Assembly: GCA_963702475.1 (NCBI GenBank) | Contig: CAVPCT010000003.1 | Coordinates: 1,024,001 to 1,088,000, forward strand | Direction of reading: 5' to 3' | DNA: 64,000 nt | Source: an uncultured Thermoleophilia bacterium | GTDB lineage: Bacteria; Actinomycetota; Thermoleophilia; UBA2241 | Shown here: piece by piece, positions 23,670 to 33,893 of the stretch | Numbering within the stretch: position 1 is the stretch's first letter | Layout: every line of letters begins with the position of its first letter | Made by a program: the position numbers and the translations under genes | The notes under the pieces: generated by a model | The model's database searches: none | The model's input: the letters and a program-made list of their open reading frames with translations, nothing else | What the model was told of the DNA's origin: nothing

Positions 23670-24404
23670 TCACGCCCGCGGCGAGTATGCCGTCACCGCG
23701 TGCGCCCAGTCCAGCAGCGCGGGGGCCGCGCGGCGCAGAGCGCGGCAGGCCGCCAGCAGGTCGCCGGCCGAAGCGCGCGGACGGGAGAGGCGCGTGGCCG
23801 GCGTGTCGAGGACCACGCGGAGCACGGCGAGCGGGCGGCCTCCGGCCGCGGCTCGCAGCCACGCCGACTCCATGTCGACGGCGAGCGCTCCGTCCGCGGC
23901 GAGGCGCGTGCGCTCGGCGCCGCGGACGATGCGGGACGACGAGACGATGCGGCCCGCGTGGACGCGCTCGATCCCGCGTGCGCGGAGGGCGGCAGTCAGG
24001 CGGCCGGCGCCGGCGTGAGCCGGCGCGCCGGCCGGGCCGGGCGGCCGCAGCTCGGCCCACGGCTCGCCGTCGGCGGCCAGGCTCGTCGCGACCACCACGT
24101 CGCCGGTCCGCAGGTGGCCCGTGAGGCCGCCACAGAAGCCGGCGACGGCCACCGCGTCCGCTGGGGTCCTCAGCGCCCTCTGGGCCGCGGCCACCGCTCG
24201 CCGCCGCCCCATGCCCGTGCGCAGCACGGTCACGTCCGGCGGCGCCCCGGCAAGGACTGCGGCCTCCGCGATCAGCGGGACCAGCAGCAGGAGCGCCGGG
24301 GTGTCGTGCGCGCCGCGGCCTGCGGGCGCACGGACTGCCCGAGCTGAGTCTGTGCCGCCCGCCGCGGCTGTCCCCGAGTCCGTGTCCGCTGCCATAGCCG
24401 TCAT
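23670..24404 (-). CDS. Nucleoside phosphorylase/hydrolase family protein (PNP_UDP_1, HpnG-like)
   Basis: TGMG, AGFCGGL...GDVVVA, AVDMESAW, LRVVLD. Confidence 0.75.
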   Translation of the reverse strand: MTAMAADTDSGTAAAGGTDSARAVRAPAGRGAHDTPALLLLVPLIAEAAVLAGAPPDVTVLRTGMGRRRAVAAAQRALRTPADAVAVAGFCGGLTGHLRTGDVVVATSLAADGEPWAELRPPGPAGAPAHAGAGRLTAALRARGIERVHAGRIVSSSRIVRGAERTRLAADGALAVDMESAWLRAAAGGRPLAVLRVVLDTPATRLSRPRASAGDLLAACRALRRAAPALLDWAHAVTAYSPRA

Positions 24405-24515
24405 CGTACTGCGGGCGCCCAGCGGTCGCGCGCTCCCGTGTTCTCCTTCGTCGGACCACCCGGACTCCGGCCCCGGATCGGGGGCAGGGGAACACGGCCG
24501 CCGCGCCGCAGGGGG

Positions 24516-24524
24516 TGCTAGAAT
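24516..24524 (+). promoter_or_regulatory. Extended -10 promoter element for dnaE
   Basis: TGc-TAGAAT ending 11 nt before the dnaE ATG. Confidence 0.5.
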
Positions 24525-24535
24525 CGGAGTCCTCC

Positions 24536-27500
24536 ATGGCCGCCGATTTCGTCCACCTGCACGTGCACAGCGAGTACTCGCTGCTCGACGGCGCCTGCCG
24601 TGTGAAGAGTCTCGTGCAGCGGGCCAAGGAGCTGGGCATGCCCGCCGTGGCGCTCACCGACCACGGCACGCTGGGCGGCGCGATCAAGTTCTACGACGCC
24701 GCCCGCAAGGAGGGCATCAAGCCCATCATCGGCCTCGAGCTGTACGTGGCGACCGACCGGCGCTCGCGCGCCGGCGTCAAGGAGCGCAACGCCCACCTCA
24801 CTCTGCTGGCGCGCGATCAGACCGGCTACAAGAACCTGGTCAAGCTCAGCACGCGCGCCTACCTGGAGGGCTACTACTACAAGCCGCGCGCCGACTGGGA
24901 CCTGCTGGCCGAGCACAGCGAGGGGCTCATCGCCCTCACCGGCTGCATGAGCGGCCGCATCGCCATGCTGCTGCGCGACGGCGACGAGGACGGGGCCGTG
25001 GCCGAGGTCCGCCGCCTCGCGGACCTGCTCGGCCCCGAGAACGTCTTCATCGAACTGCAGGACGCCGGCCTCCCCGAGCAGCGCGAGCTGCTGCCCAAGC
25101 AGTGGGCGCTCGCGCAGAAGGCCGGCCTGCGCACCGTGGCCACCAACGACGTGCACTACCTGCGGCACGAGGACTCGTACGCGCACGACGCCTTGCTCTG
25201 CATCCAGACGCAGAGCAACCTCGACGACGAGGACCGCATGCGCTACGGCAGCGACGAGTTCTACCTCAAGTCGGGCGAGGAGATGCACGAGCGTTTCAAG
25301 GACTACCCGGGCTCGTGCGAGGCTACGGTGGAGATCGCCGCGCGCTGCGACGTCGACCTTGACTTCGGCACGTACCTGCTACCGTCTTACGCTGTACCTG
25401 AGGGTTATACCGAGGCAACCTACCTGCGCGAGCTCTGCGAGCAGGGGATGCTCCGGCGCTACGGCGGCGACCCGGGGCCCGAGATGCGCGAGCGCCTCGA
25501 GTTCGAGCTCGGCGTCATCGGCGAGATGGGCTTCGACGCCTACTTCCTCATCGTCTGGGACTACGTCAAGTTCGCCAAGGACAACGGCATCGCCGTCGGA
25601 CCCGGCCGTGGGTCGGCCGCCGGGTCCATCGTGAGCTACTGCCTCGCCGTCACCGACATCGACCCGCTCAAATACGACCTGCTCTTCGAGCGCTTCCTGA
25701 ACCCGGGGCGCAAGAGCATGCCCGACGTCGACATGGACTTCAGCGTGAAGCGCCGTGGCGACGTCATCGACTACGTGGCGCGCAAGTACGGGCGTGACAG
25801 GGTGGCGCAGATCATCACCTTCGGCACCATGGCCGCGCGCGCCGCCGTGCGCGACGCGGCGCGCGTCATGGGCAAGCCGTACGCCGTCGGCGACAGGATC
25901 GCCAAGATGATCCCGGAGGCGGCCCCGCCGGCCACGTTCGCCCAGGCCATGCTGCCCGGCGGCGAGCTCAAGCAGGCCTACGACGCCGACGAAGAGGTCA
26001 AGGAGGTCGTCGACCTCGCCATGAGCCTCGAAGGGCTCATCCGCAACGACTCCATCCACGCCGCCGCCGTGGTCATCAGCGACAAGCCGCTCACCGAGTA
26101 CCTGCCGTTGCAGCAGAAGGGCGACGCCGAGCTCGTCACCCAGTTCGACATGGACGACGTCGCCAAGCTCGGCCTGCTCAAGATGGACTTCCTCGGGCTG
26201 CGCAACCTCGACGTCATCGAGTCGGCCCTGGAGATCATCGAATCCACGCGCGGCGTGTGCATCGAGATCGACCAGCTCCCGCTGGACGACGAGAAGACCT
26301 ACAGGATGCTCGCCAGAGGCGACTCCACCGGCGTGTTCCAGTTCGAGAGCCCCGGCATGAAGGAGGCGCTGCGCGAGATCGGCCCGACCGAGTTCGAGGA
26401 CCTCATCGCCATCGTGGCCCTCTACCGGCCGGGGCCGATGCAGTACATCCCGACGTATGCGCGCAACAAGAAGGACCCGGCCTCGGTCGTCTACGACCAC
26501 GAGGCCCTGCGCCCCATCCTGGAGCCCACGCACGGCGTGACCATCTACCAGGAGCAGTACATGGCCATCGCCCGCCGCGTGGGCGGGTTCAGCCCGGCGC
26601 AGGCCGACGACCTGCGCAAGGCCATCAGCAAGAAGAACCACCAGCTGATGGCCACCCTCAGGGATCCCCTCATGCAGGGTCTCGCGGCCAGCAGCGTGCC
26701 GCCGGCGGTGGCCAACAAGCTCTGGGCCAACTTCGAGGCCACCGGCGACTACTCGTTCAACAAGAGCCACGCGGCCTGCTACGCCCTGATCAGCTACCGC
26801 ACAGCTTGGCTCAAGGCCAACTATCCGGTCGAGTACATGGCGGCCCTGGTCAGCAGCGTCATGAACACCAAGGACAAGGTGCCGTTCTACGTGAACCAGT
26901 GCCGCGAGATGGGCATCGAGGTGCTGCCGCCGGACGTCAACGAGAGCGTCGTCGACTTCACCGTGGCCGGCGGCAAGATCCGCTTCGGCATGAACGCCGT
27001 CAAGGGCGTGGGCGTGGGCGCCATCGAGGAGATCATCAAGGCGCGGCAGGAGGGCGGGCCGTTCACGGGCCTCTACGACTTCTGCGCCCGCGTCGACTCG
27101 GCCCAGGCCAACAAGCGCGTGCTGGAGGCGCTCATCCGCGCCGGCGCCTTCGACAGCAGCGGCGACCCGCGGCGCGGCATGCTGGAGGCCCTGCCGGCGG
27201 CCATGTCCGACGGCGACCGCCGTCGCAAGGACGCGGCCCAGGGCCAGGGCGGTCTGTTCGACCTCGTGGCCCCCGAGGACGGCGGCACGCCGGCTCCGGA
27301 GGTGCCGCGGCGCGAGTTCGACCAGGCCACGCTGCTGCGCGGAGAAAAGGAGGCCCTGGGTCTCTACGTCTCCGCCCACCCGCTCCAGGACCTCCGTGAG
27401 CAGCTCCGTGAAGAGATCGAGGTCCCCGTCGGCTCCCTGGACGACGCCTCGGACGGCGCCATGGTGTGGACCGGCGGCATCGTCGCCAACGCCCAGAAGA

Positions 27501-27949
27501 AGGTCAGCAGGAACGGCGGCGTGTGGCTGGCGTTCCGCCTCGAGGACGTGGACGGCGGCGTGGAGTGCCGCGCCTGGCCCGCCACCTACGAGCAGTACAA
27601 GGACCTCCTCGCCGAGGACTCCATCATCAAGGTCAAGGGCCGCATCGAGCGCAAATCCGAGGGTGAGACGGGCCTCATCGCCATCGAGGTCGTCCCGTTC
27701 AGCGGCGTCAGCGAGTACCGGCCGCTGACGGTGACCATCGACGCCACGCGGGTGCGGCCCACGGTGCTGGACGACCTCAAGAGCATCCTCGCCGACTTTC
27801 CCGGCCGCGTGCCCGTGGTCCTGCAGATGGTCGGCGGCGACCAGAAGGCCAGGCTCCGCGTGAGCGACTCGCTGCGCGTCGACCCCGTCGGCGGCCTGTA
27901 CGCTGAGCTCAAGGCTCTGCTGGGCGAGAGCTGCGTCGGGGTCGGCTGA
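24536..27949 (+). CDS. dnaE: DNA polymerase III alpha subunit
   Basis: PHP HLHVHSEYSLLDG, NDVHY; GRGSAAGS; MPDVDMDF; KMDFLGL; FNKSH; OB fold. Confidence 0.98.
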   Translation: MAADFVHLHVHSEYSLLDGACRVKSLVQRAKELGMPAVALTDHGTLGGAIKFYDAARKEGIKPIIGLELYVATDRRSRAGVKERNAHLTLLARDQTGYKNLVKLSTRAYLEGYYYKPRADWDLLAEHSEGLIALTGCMSGRIAMLLRDGDEDGAVAEVRRLADLLGPENVFIELQDAGLPEQRELLPKQWALAQKAGLRTVATNDVHYLRHEDSYAHDALLCIQTQSNLDDEDRMRYGSDEFYLKSGEEMHERFKDYPGSCEATVEIAARCDVDLDFGTYLLPSYAVPEGYTEATYLRELCEQGMLRRYGGDPGPEMRERLEFELGVIGEMGFDAYFLIVWDYVKFAKDNGIAVGPGRGSAAGSIVSYCLAVTDIDPLKYDLLFERFLNPGRKSMPDVDMDFSVKRRGDVIDYVARKYGRDRVAQIITFGTMAARAAVRDAARVMGKPYAVGDRIAKMIPEAAPPATFAQAMLPGGELKQAYDADEEVKEVVDLAMSLEGLIRNDSIHAAAVVISDKPLTEYLPLQQKGDAELVTQFDMDDVAKLGLLKMDFLGLRNLDVIESALEIIESTRGVCIEIDQLPLDDEKTYRMLARGDSTGVFQFESPGMKEALREIGPTEFEDLIAIVALYRPGPMQYIPTYARNKKDPASVVYDHEALRPILEPTHGVTIYQEQYMAIARRVGGFSPAQADDLRKAISKKNHQLMATLRDPLMQGLAASSVPPAVANKLWANFEATGDYSFNKSHAACYALISYRTAWLKANYPVEYMAALVSSVMNTKDKVPFYVNQCREMGIEVLPPDVNESVVDFTVAGGKIRFGMNAVKGVGVGAIEEIIKARQEGGPFTGLYDFCARVDSAQANKRVLEALIRAGAFDSSGDPRRGMLEALPAAMSDGDRRRKDAAQGQGGLFDLVAPEDGGTPAPEVPRREFDQATLLRGEKEALGLYVSAHPLQDLREQLREEIEVPVGSLDDASDGAMVWTGGIVANAQKKVSRNGGVWLAFRLEDVDGGVECRAWPATYEQYKDLLAEDSIIKVKGRIERKSEGETGLIAIEVVPFSGVSEYRPLTVTIDATRVRPTVLDDLKSILADFPGRVPVVLQMVGGDQKARLRVSDSLRVDPVGGLYAELKALLGESCVGVG

Positions 27950-27989
27950 GGCGGGGCCGGCGAGGCGCGGAAGGCGAAGGAGCAGGCTC

Positions 27990-29189
27990 ATGGCGATTCC
28001 CGAGGGCATGCGCGACGTGGTGCCGCCCGAGTCCGGCGACCGGCGGGCGCTCGAGGACACGCTCCTGCGCCGGTTCGCGGCCTACGGGTACGGCCAGGTG
28101 ATGACGCCGTGGCTGGAGTACGCCGAGACGTTCGCGGCGGCCGAGGACGAGACGCTGGCCGGCGGCTACCGGCTGTACGACCGGCAGGGACACGAGCTCG
28201 TCACGCGCACCGACATGACGGTGCCGGTGGCCCGTCTGGCGGCGGCGCGCTTCGACGACGCTCCCTTGCCCCTGCGGCTCTGCTACGTGGCGCCCTCCAT
28301 CCGGCCGTGGGCGCCGCAGCGCAGCCAGGACGGTGAGTTCGTGCAGGCGGGGGCCGAGCTGCTCGGTCTGGGCTCGGCCGCCGCCGACGCGGAGAGCGTC
28401 GGCCTGCTGTGCGACTGTCTCGCCTCCGTCGGCCTGCGCGACTTCCGGGTCGCGCTCGGCTCGGTGGCGTTCTACGGCGCCCTGATCGACTCCCTCGGGC
28501 TGGATGAAGCCGATCGCGAGACGTTCCTCACGGCGCTCGCCGACCGCGACTACCCGCTCATGGAGAGCGTCGCCGGCAACGCCGGGGTGGACGAGCGCGC
28601 GCTCGGCGTCTTGTGGAAGGTCCTTGGGCTGAGCGGCTCGCACGACGGCCTCAGCCAGGCGCGCAGGCTCGCCACCACCGACGCCATGGAGGCCGCTATC
28701 CAGCGCATGGTGGAGGTGCGCGACCTTGTGGAGGAGGCCGGGTTCGCCGAGGTGATCGCCTTCGACTTCGGCATGTACCCCGACCTCTCGTACTACAGCG
28801 GCGTGATCTTCGAGGCCTACGCCCGAGGCGTGGGCCTGCCCATCGCCACCGGCGGCCGCTACGATGGCCTCCTGGGACACTTCGACTGGGACATCCCCGG
28901 CGTGGGCTTCGCCCTCGCCCTGGACCGCCTGCTCGACGCCGTGGCTGAGGCCGGCGCCCCGCCGGCCGGCGCCGTGCCGGTCCTCGCGTTCTCCGGCGGC
29001 CTGGAGGAGCCGGCGCGGGCGGCGGAGCTCCGCCGTGCCGGCTGGGCCGTGGCCACACTGCCGGATGGTTCGCAGGCCGCGGCGCCGTGGCTGCGGCGCG
29101 AGGGCGGCCGTTACGTGTACGAGGCCCCCGACGGCACGTCCAAGACGGGCGGCTGGCGCGACGTGCGCCGCGCCTTGGGCATGGAATGA
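27990..29189 (+). CDS. hisZ: ATP phosphoribosyltransferase regulatory subunit
   Basis: IPEGMRD, RTDMTVPVAR, EFVQAGAELLG, YYSGVIF, GGRYD; heads the his cluster. Confidence 0.92.
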   Translation: MAIPEGMRDVVPPESGDRRALEDTLLRRFAAYGYGQVMTPWLEYAETFAAAEDETLAGGYRLYDRQGHELVTRTDMTVPVARLAAARFDDAPLPLRLCYVAPSIRPWAPQRSQDGEFVQAGAELLGLGSAAADAESVGLLCDCLASVGLRDFRVALGSVAFYGALIDSLGLDEADRETFLTALADRDYPLMESVAGNAGVDERALGVLWKVLGLSGSHDGLSQARRLATTDAMEAAIQRMVEVRDLVEEAGFAEVIAFDFGMYPDLSYYSGVIFEAYARGVGLPIATGGRYDGLLGHFDWDIPGVGFALALDRLLDAVAEAGAPPAGAVPVLAFSGGLEEPARAAELRRAGWAVATLPDGSQAAAPWLRREGGRYVYEAPDGTSKTGGWRDVRRALGME

Positions 29190-29815
29190 GGCTCGGCATC
29201 GCCTGTCGCGACGAGCGGCCGCCGCGCGACGTGGTGGACCTGCTGTGCGACGCCGGCCTGTGCGGCCGGTTCGATGATGTGAAGGCGCCGGCCCTCGTGG
29301 AAGAGCCGGCGCCGGGCGGTCACGTCTGGTTGCTGGCCTCCGCCGCCGACGTGGTCGGCGCCTGCGAGCGCGGCGCCCTCGACGCGGCCGTCGCCGGCAA
29401 GGACGTGCTCCTGGAGGCCGAGCCGGAGGTCCATGAGCTGCTCGACCTGCGCGCCGACCGCGATGCGCTGGTGTACGCGCTGCGCGAGCGCCCGGCCGGG
29501 CTCTCGCGGCGCGTGCGCCCGCGCGTGGCCACGCGGTACGTTCGCGTCACGCACCGGTTCTTCGCCGGGGCGGGTGAGGAGGTCGATGTGGTCGGGTTCG
29601 ACTCTCCGGCGCTGGCCGTGCGTCTTGGCCTCGCCGACGGCGTGGTCGAGTTGCGGGCCAGTCTGGACGGCGCCCTCGGAGCCGGACTGCTGGAGCGCGC
29701 CGAGGTGGCCGGCTGCAGCGCCCGGCTCGTCTGCGGCCGGGCGGCGCGCACGCTGGACGGGGCGGCGCTGGAGGACCTCGCGGAGCGCCTGCGGGCGCGT
29801 TTGGAGGAAGGGTGA
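29186..29815 (+). CDS. hisG: Short-form ATP phosphoribosyltransferase homologue with degenerate active-site motifs
   Basis: GALDAAVAGKDVLLE, ELLDL, RVATRY, GLADGVV, SARLV; between hisZ and hisD with overlapping start/stop codons. Confidence 0.78.
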   Translation: MRLGIACRDERPPRDVVDLLCDAGLCGRFDDVKAPALVEEPAPGGHVWLLASAADVVGACERGALDAAVAGKDVLLEAEPEVHELLDLRADRDALVYALRERPAGLSRRVRPRVATRYVRVTHRFFAGAGEEVDVVGFDSPALAVRLGLADGVVELRASLDGALGAGLLERAEVAGCSARLVCGRAARTLDGAALEDLAERLRARLEEG

Positions 29816-31101
29816 AGGAGCTCGTCTGGACCGGCGATGCGCGCGCCCTCGTGGCCGGGCTGCGCGCCTTCGCGCCTCCGGCCGCGCAGGTGGCGGCCGC
29901 GGTCGGGGCCATCGTCGCCGACGTGCACGCGCGCGGCGACGACGCCGTCCGCGAGCACACGCTGCGTCTCGACGGCGTCGAGCTGCCCGAGAGCTATGCG
30001 GAGCCGCCGGAGCGGCTCCGCGAGGCGCTCGCCGGGCTCACGCCGGCGGTGCGAGAGGGACTCGAGGTCGCGGCGGCCAACATCCGCGCCTACCACGAGC
30101 GTGAGGCGCCACGCTCCTGGCGCGAGACGCTGGCGCAGGGCCAGGTCGTCGGACAGGAGATCGTACCCGTGGGCGCCGCCGGCCTCTACGTGCCGGGCGG
30201 CCTCGCCGACTATCCGTCGTCGGTGCTCATGACGGCCATCCCCGCCCAGGTCGCCGGGGTGGATCGCGTCGTGGTGTGTTCTCCGCCCAGACGGGGCGGC
30301 GGCGCGGCGAGGGGGGTCGCCGCCGCCTGCGAGCTCCTCGGGGTCCGCGACCTGGTGCCCATCGGTGGCGCGCAGGCCGTCGCGGCCATGGCGTTCGGCA
30401 CCGCCGTCGTGCCGCGCTGCGACGTCATCGTCGGGCCCGGCAACGCCTACGTCACCGAGGCCAAGCGGCAGGTCATGGGACAGGTCGGCATCGACGCGCT
30501 CGCCGGCCCCAGCGAGGTGCTGGTGATCGCCGACGAGTCGGCCGACCCGGAATGGCTCGCGGCCGACCTGCTCGCCCAGGCCGAGCACGGCTCCGGCGCC
30601 ATGGCCTGCCTCGCCGACATCGGCGGGGCCCAGATGGCGCCGGTCCGCGCGGCCGTCGAGGCGCTGGCGGACGAGCTCGGCCTCTCCCACGACAACGTGG
30701 CCCTGATCGCCTGCCCAAACCGTGCCGCCGCGGTCGAGCTCTGCAACGAGTTCGCCCCGGAGCACCTCGAGTTGCACGCGCGCGACGCCGCCGGGCTCGT
30801 CCCGCTCGTCCGCAACGCCGGCGCCGTGTTCGTGGGCGGCTTCGCCGCGACGGCGTTCGCCGACTACGCCGCCGGCAGCAACCACGTGCTACCCACCGGC
30901 GGCTCCGCGCGCTTCGCGCAGGGCCTCAGCGTAGAGCAGTTCCAGAAGCGCGTCGCCGTGGTCGAGCTGGATGCGGCGTCGGCCGCCGCTCTGGCCCCCC
31001 ACGTCGCCGCCGTCGCCGACGAAGAGGGGTTGCGCGCCCACGCCCGTTCCGCGCGGCTGCGCGGGAGTGCCCCGCCGCCGACCGCTCCCACCGCAGACTG
31101 A
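29812..31101 (+). CDS. hisD: Histidinol dehydrogenase
   Basis: [51 protein letters not shown]. Confidence 0.96.
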   Translation: MKELVWTGDARALVAGLRAFAPPAAQVAAAVGAIVADVHARGDDAVREHTLRLDGVELPESYAEPPERLREALAGLTPAVREGLEVAAANIRAYHEREAPRSWRETLAQGQVVGQEIVPVGAAGLYVPGGLADYPSSVLMTAIPAQVAGVDRVVVCSPPRRGGGAARGVAAACELLGVRDLVPIGGAQAVAAMAFGTAVVPRCDVIVGPGNAYVTEAKRQVMGQVGIDALAGPSEVLVIADESADPEWLAADLLAQAEHGSGAMACLADIGGAQMAPVRAAVEALADELGLSHDNVALIACPNRAAAVELCNEFAPEHLELHARDAAGLVPLVRNAGAVFVGGFAATAFADYAAGSNHVLPTGGSARFAQGLSVEQFQKRVAVVELDAASAAALAPHVAAVADEEGLRAHARSARLRGSAPPPTAPTAD

Positions 31102-31116
31102 CCCGAGGAGACCCGC

Positions 31117-31707
31117 ATGGACGATCGCCGTGCCACCGTCGAGCGCAGCACCACCGAGACCAGGGTGAAGGTCGCCGTGGGCCTCGACGGGCCCGCCCAG
31201 GCTCGCGTGGACACCGGCGTCGGCTTCTTCGATCACATGCTCACGCTGCTGGCGCATCACGGCGGCCTCGACCTCGAGGTGGCCGCCGAGGGCGACCTGC
31301 ACGTGGACGCCCACCACACGGTAGAGGACGTCGCGCTGGCACTGGGCCAGGCGCTCAAGGACGCGCTCGGCGACAAACGCGGCGTGCACCGGTACGGCTC
31401 CATGGTCCTGCCGATGGACGAGGCCCTCGTCATCGTGGCCCTCGACCTCTCGGGGCGCCCGTTCTACGCCGACGACCTGCGCCTCTCCGGCGTGCACATC
31501 GGCGACTTCGACGGCGAGCTGGCCTCGCACTTCTTCCAGTCGCTGGCCATGCAGGCCGGCCTCACGCTGCACGTGCGCCTGCTTGCCGGCAGCAACGCCC
31601 ACCACATCGTGGAGGCGGTGTTCAAGGGCTTCGCGCGAGCGCTGCGCCAGGCATGCCGGCGCGAGGAGGGCGCGCGGGACGTGCCGTCCACCAAGGGAGC
31701 GCTGTGA
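31117..31707 (+). CDS. hisB: Imidazoleglycerol-phosphate dehydratase
   Basis: TGVGFFDHML, DAHHTVED, PMDE, NAHHIVEA, PSTKG. Confidence 0.97.
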   Translation: MDDRRATVERSTTETRVKVAVGLDGPAQARVDTGVGFFDHMLTLLAHHGGLDLEVAAEGDLHVDAHHTVEDVALALGQALKDALGDKRGVHRYGSMVLPMDEALVIVALDLSGRPFYADDLRLSGVHIGDFDGELASHFFQSLAMQAGLTLHVRLLAGSNAHHIVEAVFKGFARALRQACRREEGARDVPSTKGAL

Positions 31708-32357
31708 CGCGGGTCCCCGCCGCCGCGCCGCCGCGTGTGGCCGTCGTCGACTACGGCATGGGCAATCTGGCGAGCGTCGCCAAGGCGCTCGAGCGCAGCG
31801 GCGCCGACGTGCGCGTCACCGAGAGCGCGGCGGAGCTGCGCTCCGCCGCGGCCGTGGTGCTGCCCGGCGTCGGCGCCTTCCGCGACGCGGCGGCGCGGCT
31901 CGAGCAGGGCGGCCTTGCGGCCGCCCTGCTCGAGCGCATCGCCGCCGGCACGCCGTTCCTGGGCGTGTGCCTCGGCCTGCAGCTGCTGTTCGAGAGCAGC
32001 GGCGAGGGCGGGCGCTGGCCGGGCCTCGGCGTGCTGCCCGGCACCGTCGAGCGGCTGCAGACCACCCTCAAGGTGCCGCACATCGGCTGGAACGAGCTCG
32101 ACTGGACGGCCGCGGGGGCGGGCATGGCCGCCGGGCTGCCCGCCCGCCCGGCCGTCTACTTCGTGCACTCGTACGCGGCCGTCCCTTCCGATCCGTCCGT
32201 CATCGCCGCCACCACTGACTACGGCTCTCGCGTGGTGGCGGCCGTGGCGCGAGATACCGTGTGGGCTGTACAGTTCCACCCCGAGAAGAGCTCGACCGTG
32301 GGTCTGGCGCTGCTGGCCACCTTCGTGGCCCGGGCCCGGCAGGAGGCAGCCTCGTGA
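31704..32357 (+). CDS. hisH: Imidazole glycerol phosphate synthase glutaminase subunit
   Basis: DYGMGNL, LPGVGAF, GVCLGLQ, PHIGWN, YFVHSY, QFHPEKS. Confidence 0.96.
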   Translation: MTRVPAAAPPRVAVVDYGMGNLASVAKALERSGADVRVTESAAELRSAAAVVLPGVGAFRDAAARLEQGGLAAALLERIAAGTPFLGVCLGLQLLFESSGEGGRWPGLGVLPGTVERLQTTLKVPHIGWNELDWTAAGAGMAAGLPARPAVYFVHSYAAVPSDPSVIAATTDYGSRVVAAVARDTVWAVQFHPEKSSTVGLALLATFVARARQEAAS

Positions 32358-33079
32358 TCGTCTTTCCGGCAGTCGACATCCAGGGCGGCAAGGCCGTCCG
32401 CCTGCGCCGCGGCGATTTCCGCGACGTCACCGTCTTCGGTGACGACCCGCTCGAGCTCGCGAAGATGTGGGAGGCGCGGGGGGCGGAGGCTCTGCACGTG
32501 GTCGACCTCGACGCCGCCCGCACCGGCGACCTCGCCAACTTCCCCCTCGTGGAGCGTATCGTGCAGACGCTCTCCATCCCGGTCGAGTACGGCGGGGGCA
32601 TCCGCAGCGCGGAGAGCCTCGACGCGCTCGCCGCGCTCGGCGTGCGGTGGGCGGTCATGGGCACCGCGGCGGTGACCGCAAGGGATCTCCTCGACCTGGG
32701 CGTGGAGCGTCTCGGCGACCGCCTCGTCGTGGGTGTGGACTGCAGCGAGGGCATGGTGGCCACGCACGGCTGGCAGCAACGCTCGTCGATGAGCGCCACG
32801 CACTTCGCGCGCATCCTCACCCAGCACGGTGTCGGCCGCATCGTGTACACCGACACGTCCCGCGACGGCATGCTGGGAGGTCCCGACCTGGTCGGGCTCA
32901 AGGAGCTGGCCGAGGCCACGTCGCTCGAGATCGTCCTGTCCGGCGGCATCGCGATACTGGACGACCTCCGCCGGCTGCGCAGGCTCGCCCTGCCCAACGT
33001 GTGCGGGGTGATCGTCGGGCGTGCCTTCTACGAGGACGCGTTCACGCTGGCGGACGCCCAGGCCGCCGTGCGCGCCTGA
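32354..33079 (+). CDS. hisA: ProFAR isomerase
   Basis: [36 protein letters not shown]. Confidence 0.95.
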   Translation: MIVFPAVDIQGGKAVRLRRGDFRDVTVFGDDPLELAKMWEARGAEALHVVDLDAARTGDLANFPLVERIVQTLSIPVEYGGGIRSAESLDALAALGVRWAVMGTAAVTARDLLDLGVERLGDRLVVGVDCSEGMVATHGWQQRSSMSATHFARILTQHGVGRIVYTDTSRDGMLGGPDLVGLKELAEATSLEIVLSGGIAILDDLRRLRRLALPNVCGVIVGRAFYEDAFTLADAQAAVRA

Positions 33080-33095
33080 GCCTGGGGGTCCCGCC

Positions 33096-33893
33096 GTGCA
33101 CATGAAGCGCGTCATCCCGTGCCTCGACGTGCGCGACGGCCGCGTGGTCAAAGGCGTGAACTTCGTCGACTTCCGCGACGCCGGCGACCCTGTCGAGCTG
33201 GCGGCCAAGTACGACGCCGAGGGCGCCGACGAGATCGTCTTCCTCGACATCACCGCCTCGCACGAACGGCGCGACATCATCGCCGGCCTCGCGGCGCGCT
33301 GCGCGGAGCAGGTCTTCATCCCCTTCACCATCGGCGGCGGGCTGGCGAGCGAGGATGACGTGCGCATGATCCTCCAGGCCGGCGCCGACAAGGTCACGAT
33401 GAACACGGCCGCGGTGCAGGACCCCGAGCTCGTCCGGCGCTGCGCGGAGCGGTTCGGGGCGCAGTGCATCGTGGTGGCCGTCGACGCCAAACGGGTGCCG
33501 GGAAGTGGGGAGGACGGTCGCCCGCCCAGGTGGCAGGTGTATCTGCACGGAGGGCGGACGCCGACGGGGATCGACGCCGTGGGCTGGGCGGTGCGCGCGG
33601 CCGAGCTCGGCGCCGGGGAGTTCATGCTCACGAGCATGGACCGCGACGGTACCCTCGACGGGTACGACCTCGAGCTCACACGCGCGGTGGCGCGCGCCGT
33701 CGACGTACCGGTGATCGCCTCGGGGGGCGTCGGTACTCTGCAGCACCTCGCCGACGGGCTCACGCTGGGCGAGGCCGACGCGGTGCTGGCGGCGAGCATC
33801 TTCCACTTCGGGACCTACTCGCTGGCGGAGACCAAGCGGTACCTCGCCGCGCGGGGCATCCCGGTACGCGTTGCGGAGGGGCAGGCGCCGTGA
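33096..33893 (+). CDS. hisF: Imidazole glycerol phosphate synthase cyclase subunit
   Basis: [42 protein letters not shown]. Confidence 0.97.
   Translation: MHMKRVIPCLDVRDGRVVKGVNFVDFRDAGDPVELAAKYDAEGADEIVFLDITASHERRDIIAGLAARCAEQVFIPFTIGGGLASEDDVRMILQAGADKVTMNTAAVQDPELVRRCAERFGAQCIVVAVDAKRVPGSGEDGRPPRWQVYLHGGRTPTGIDAVGWAVRAAELGAGEFMLTSMDRDGTLDGYDLELTRAVARAVDVPVIASGGVGTLQHLADGLTLGEADAVLAASIFHFGTYSLAETKRYLAARGIPVRVAEGQAP

Noticed and set aside
20841-24347. Apparent 1168-aa SbcC fusion protein
   Set aside because: A frameshift near 22650 causes read-through; the real SbcC C-terminus (LSGGE, DEGFG) is in another frame ending at 23013
24536-27949. Intein or split in DnaE
   Set aside because: Normal length (about 1137 aa), contiguous motifs, no intein signature seen
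25379-28060. 893-aa antisense ORF over dnaE and many similar long overlapping ORFs (e.g. 2976-4664, 45826-48087)
   Set aside because: Shadow ORFs expected from high GC3 and stop-codon scarcity; no recognisable motifs, and the opposite strand holds clear genes
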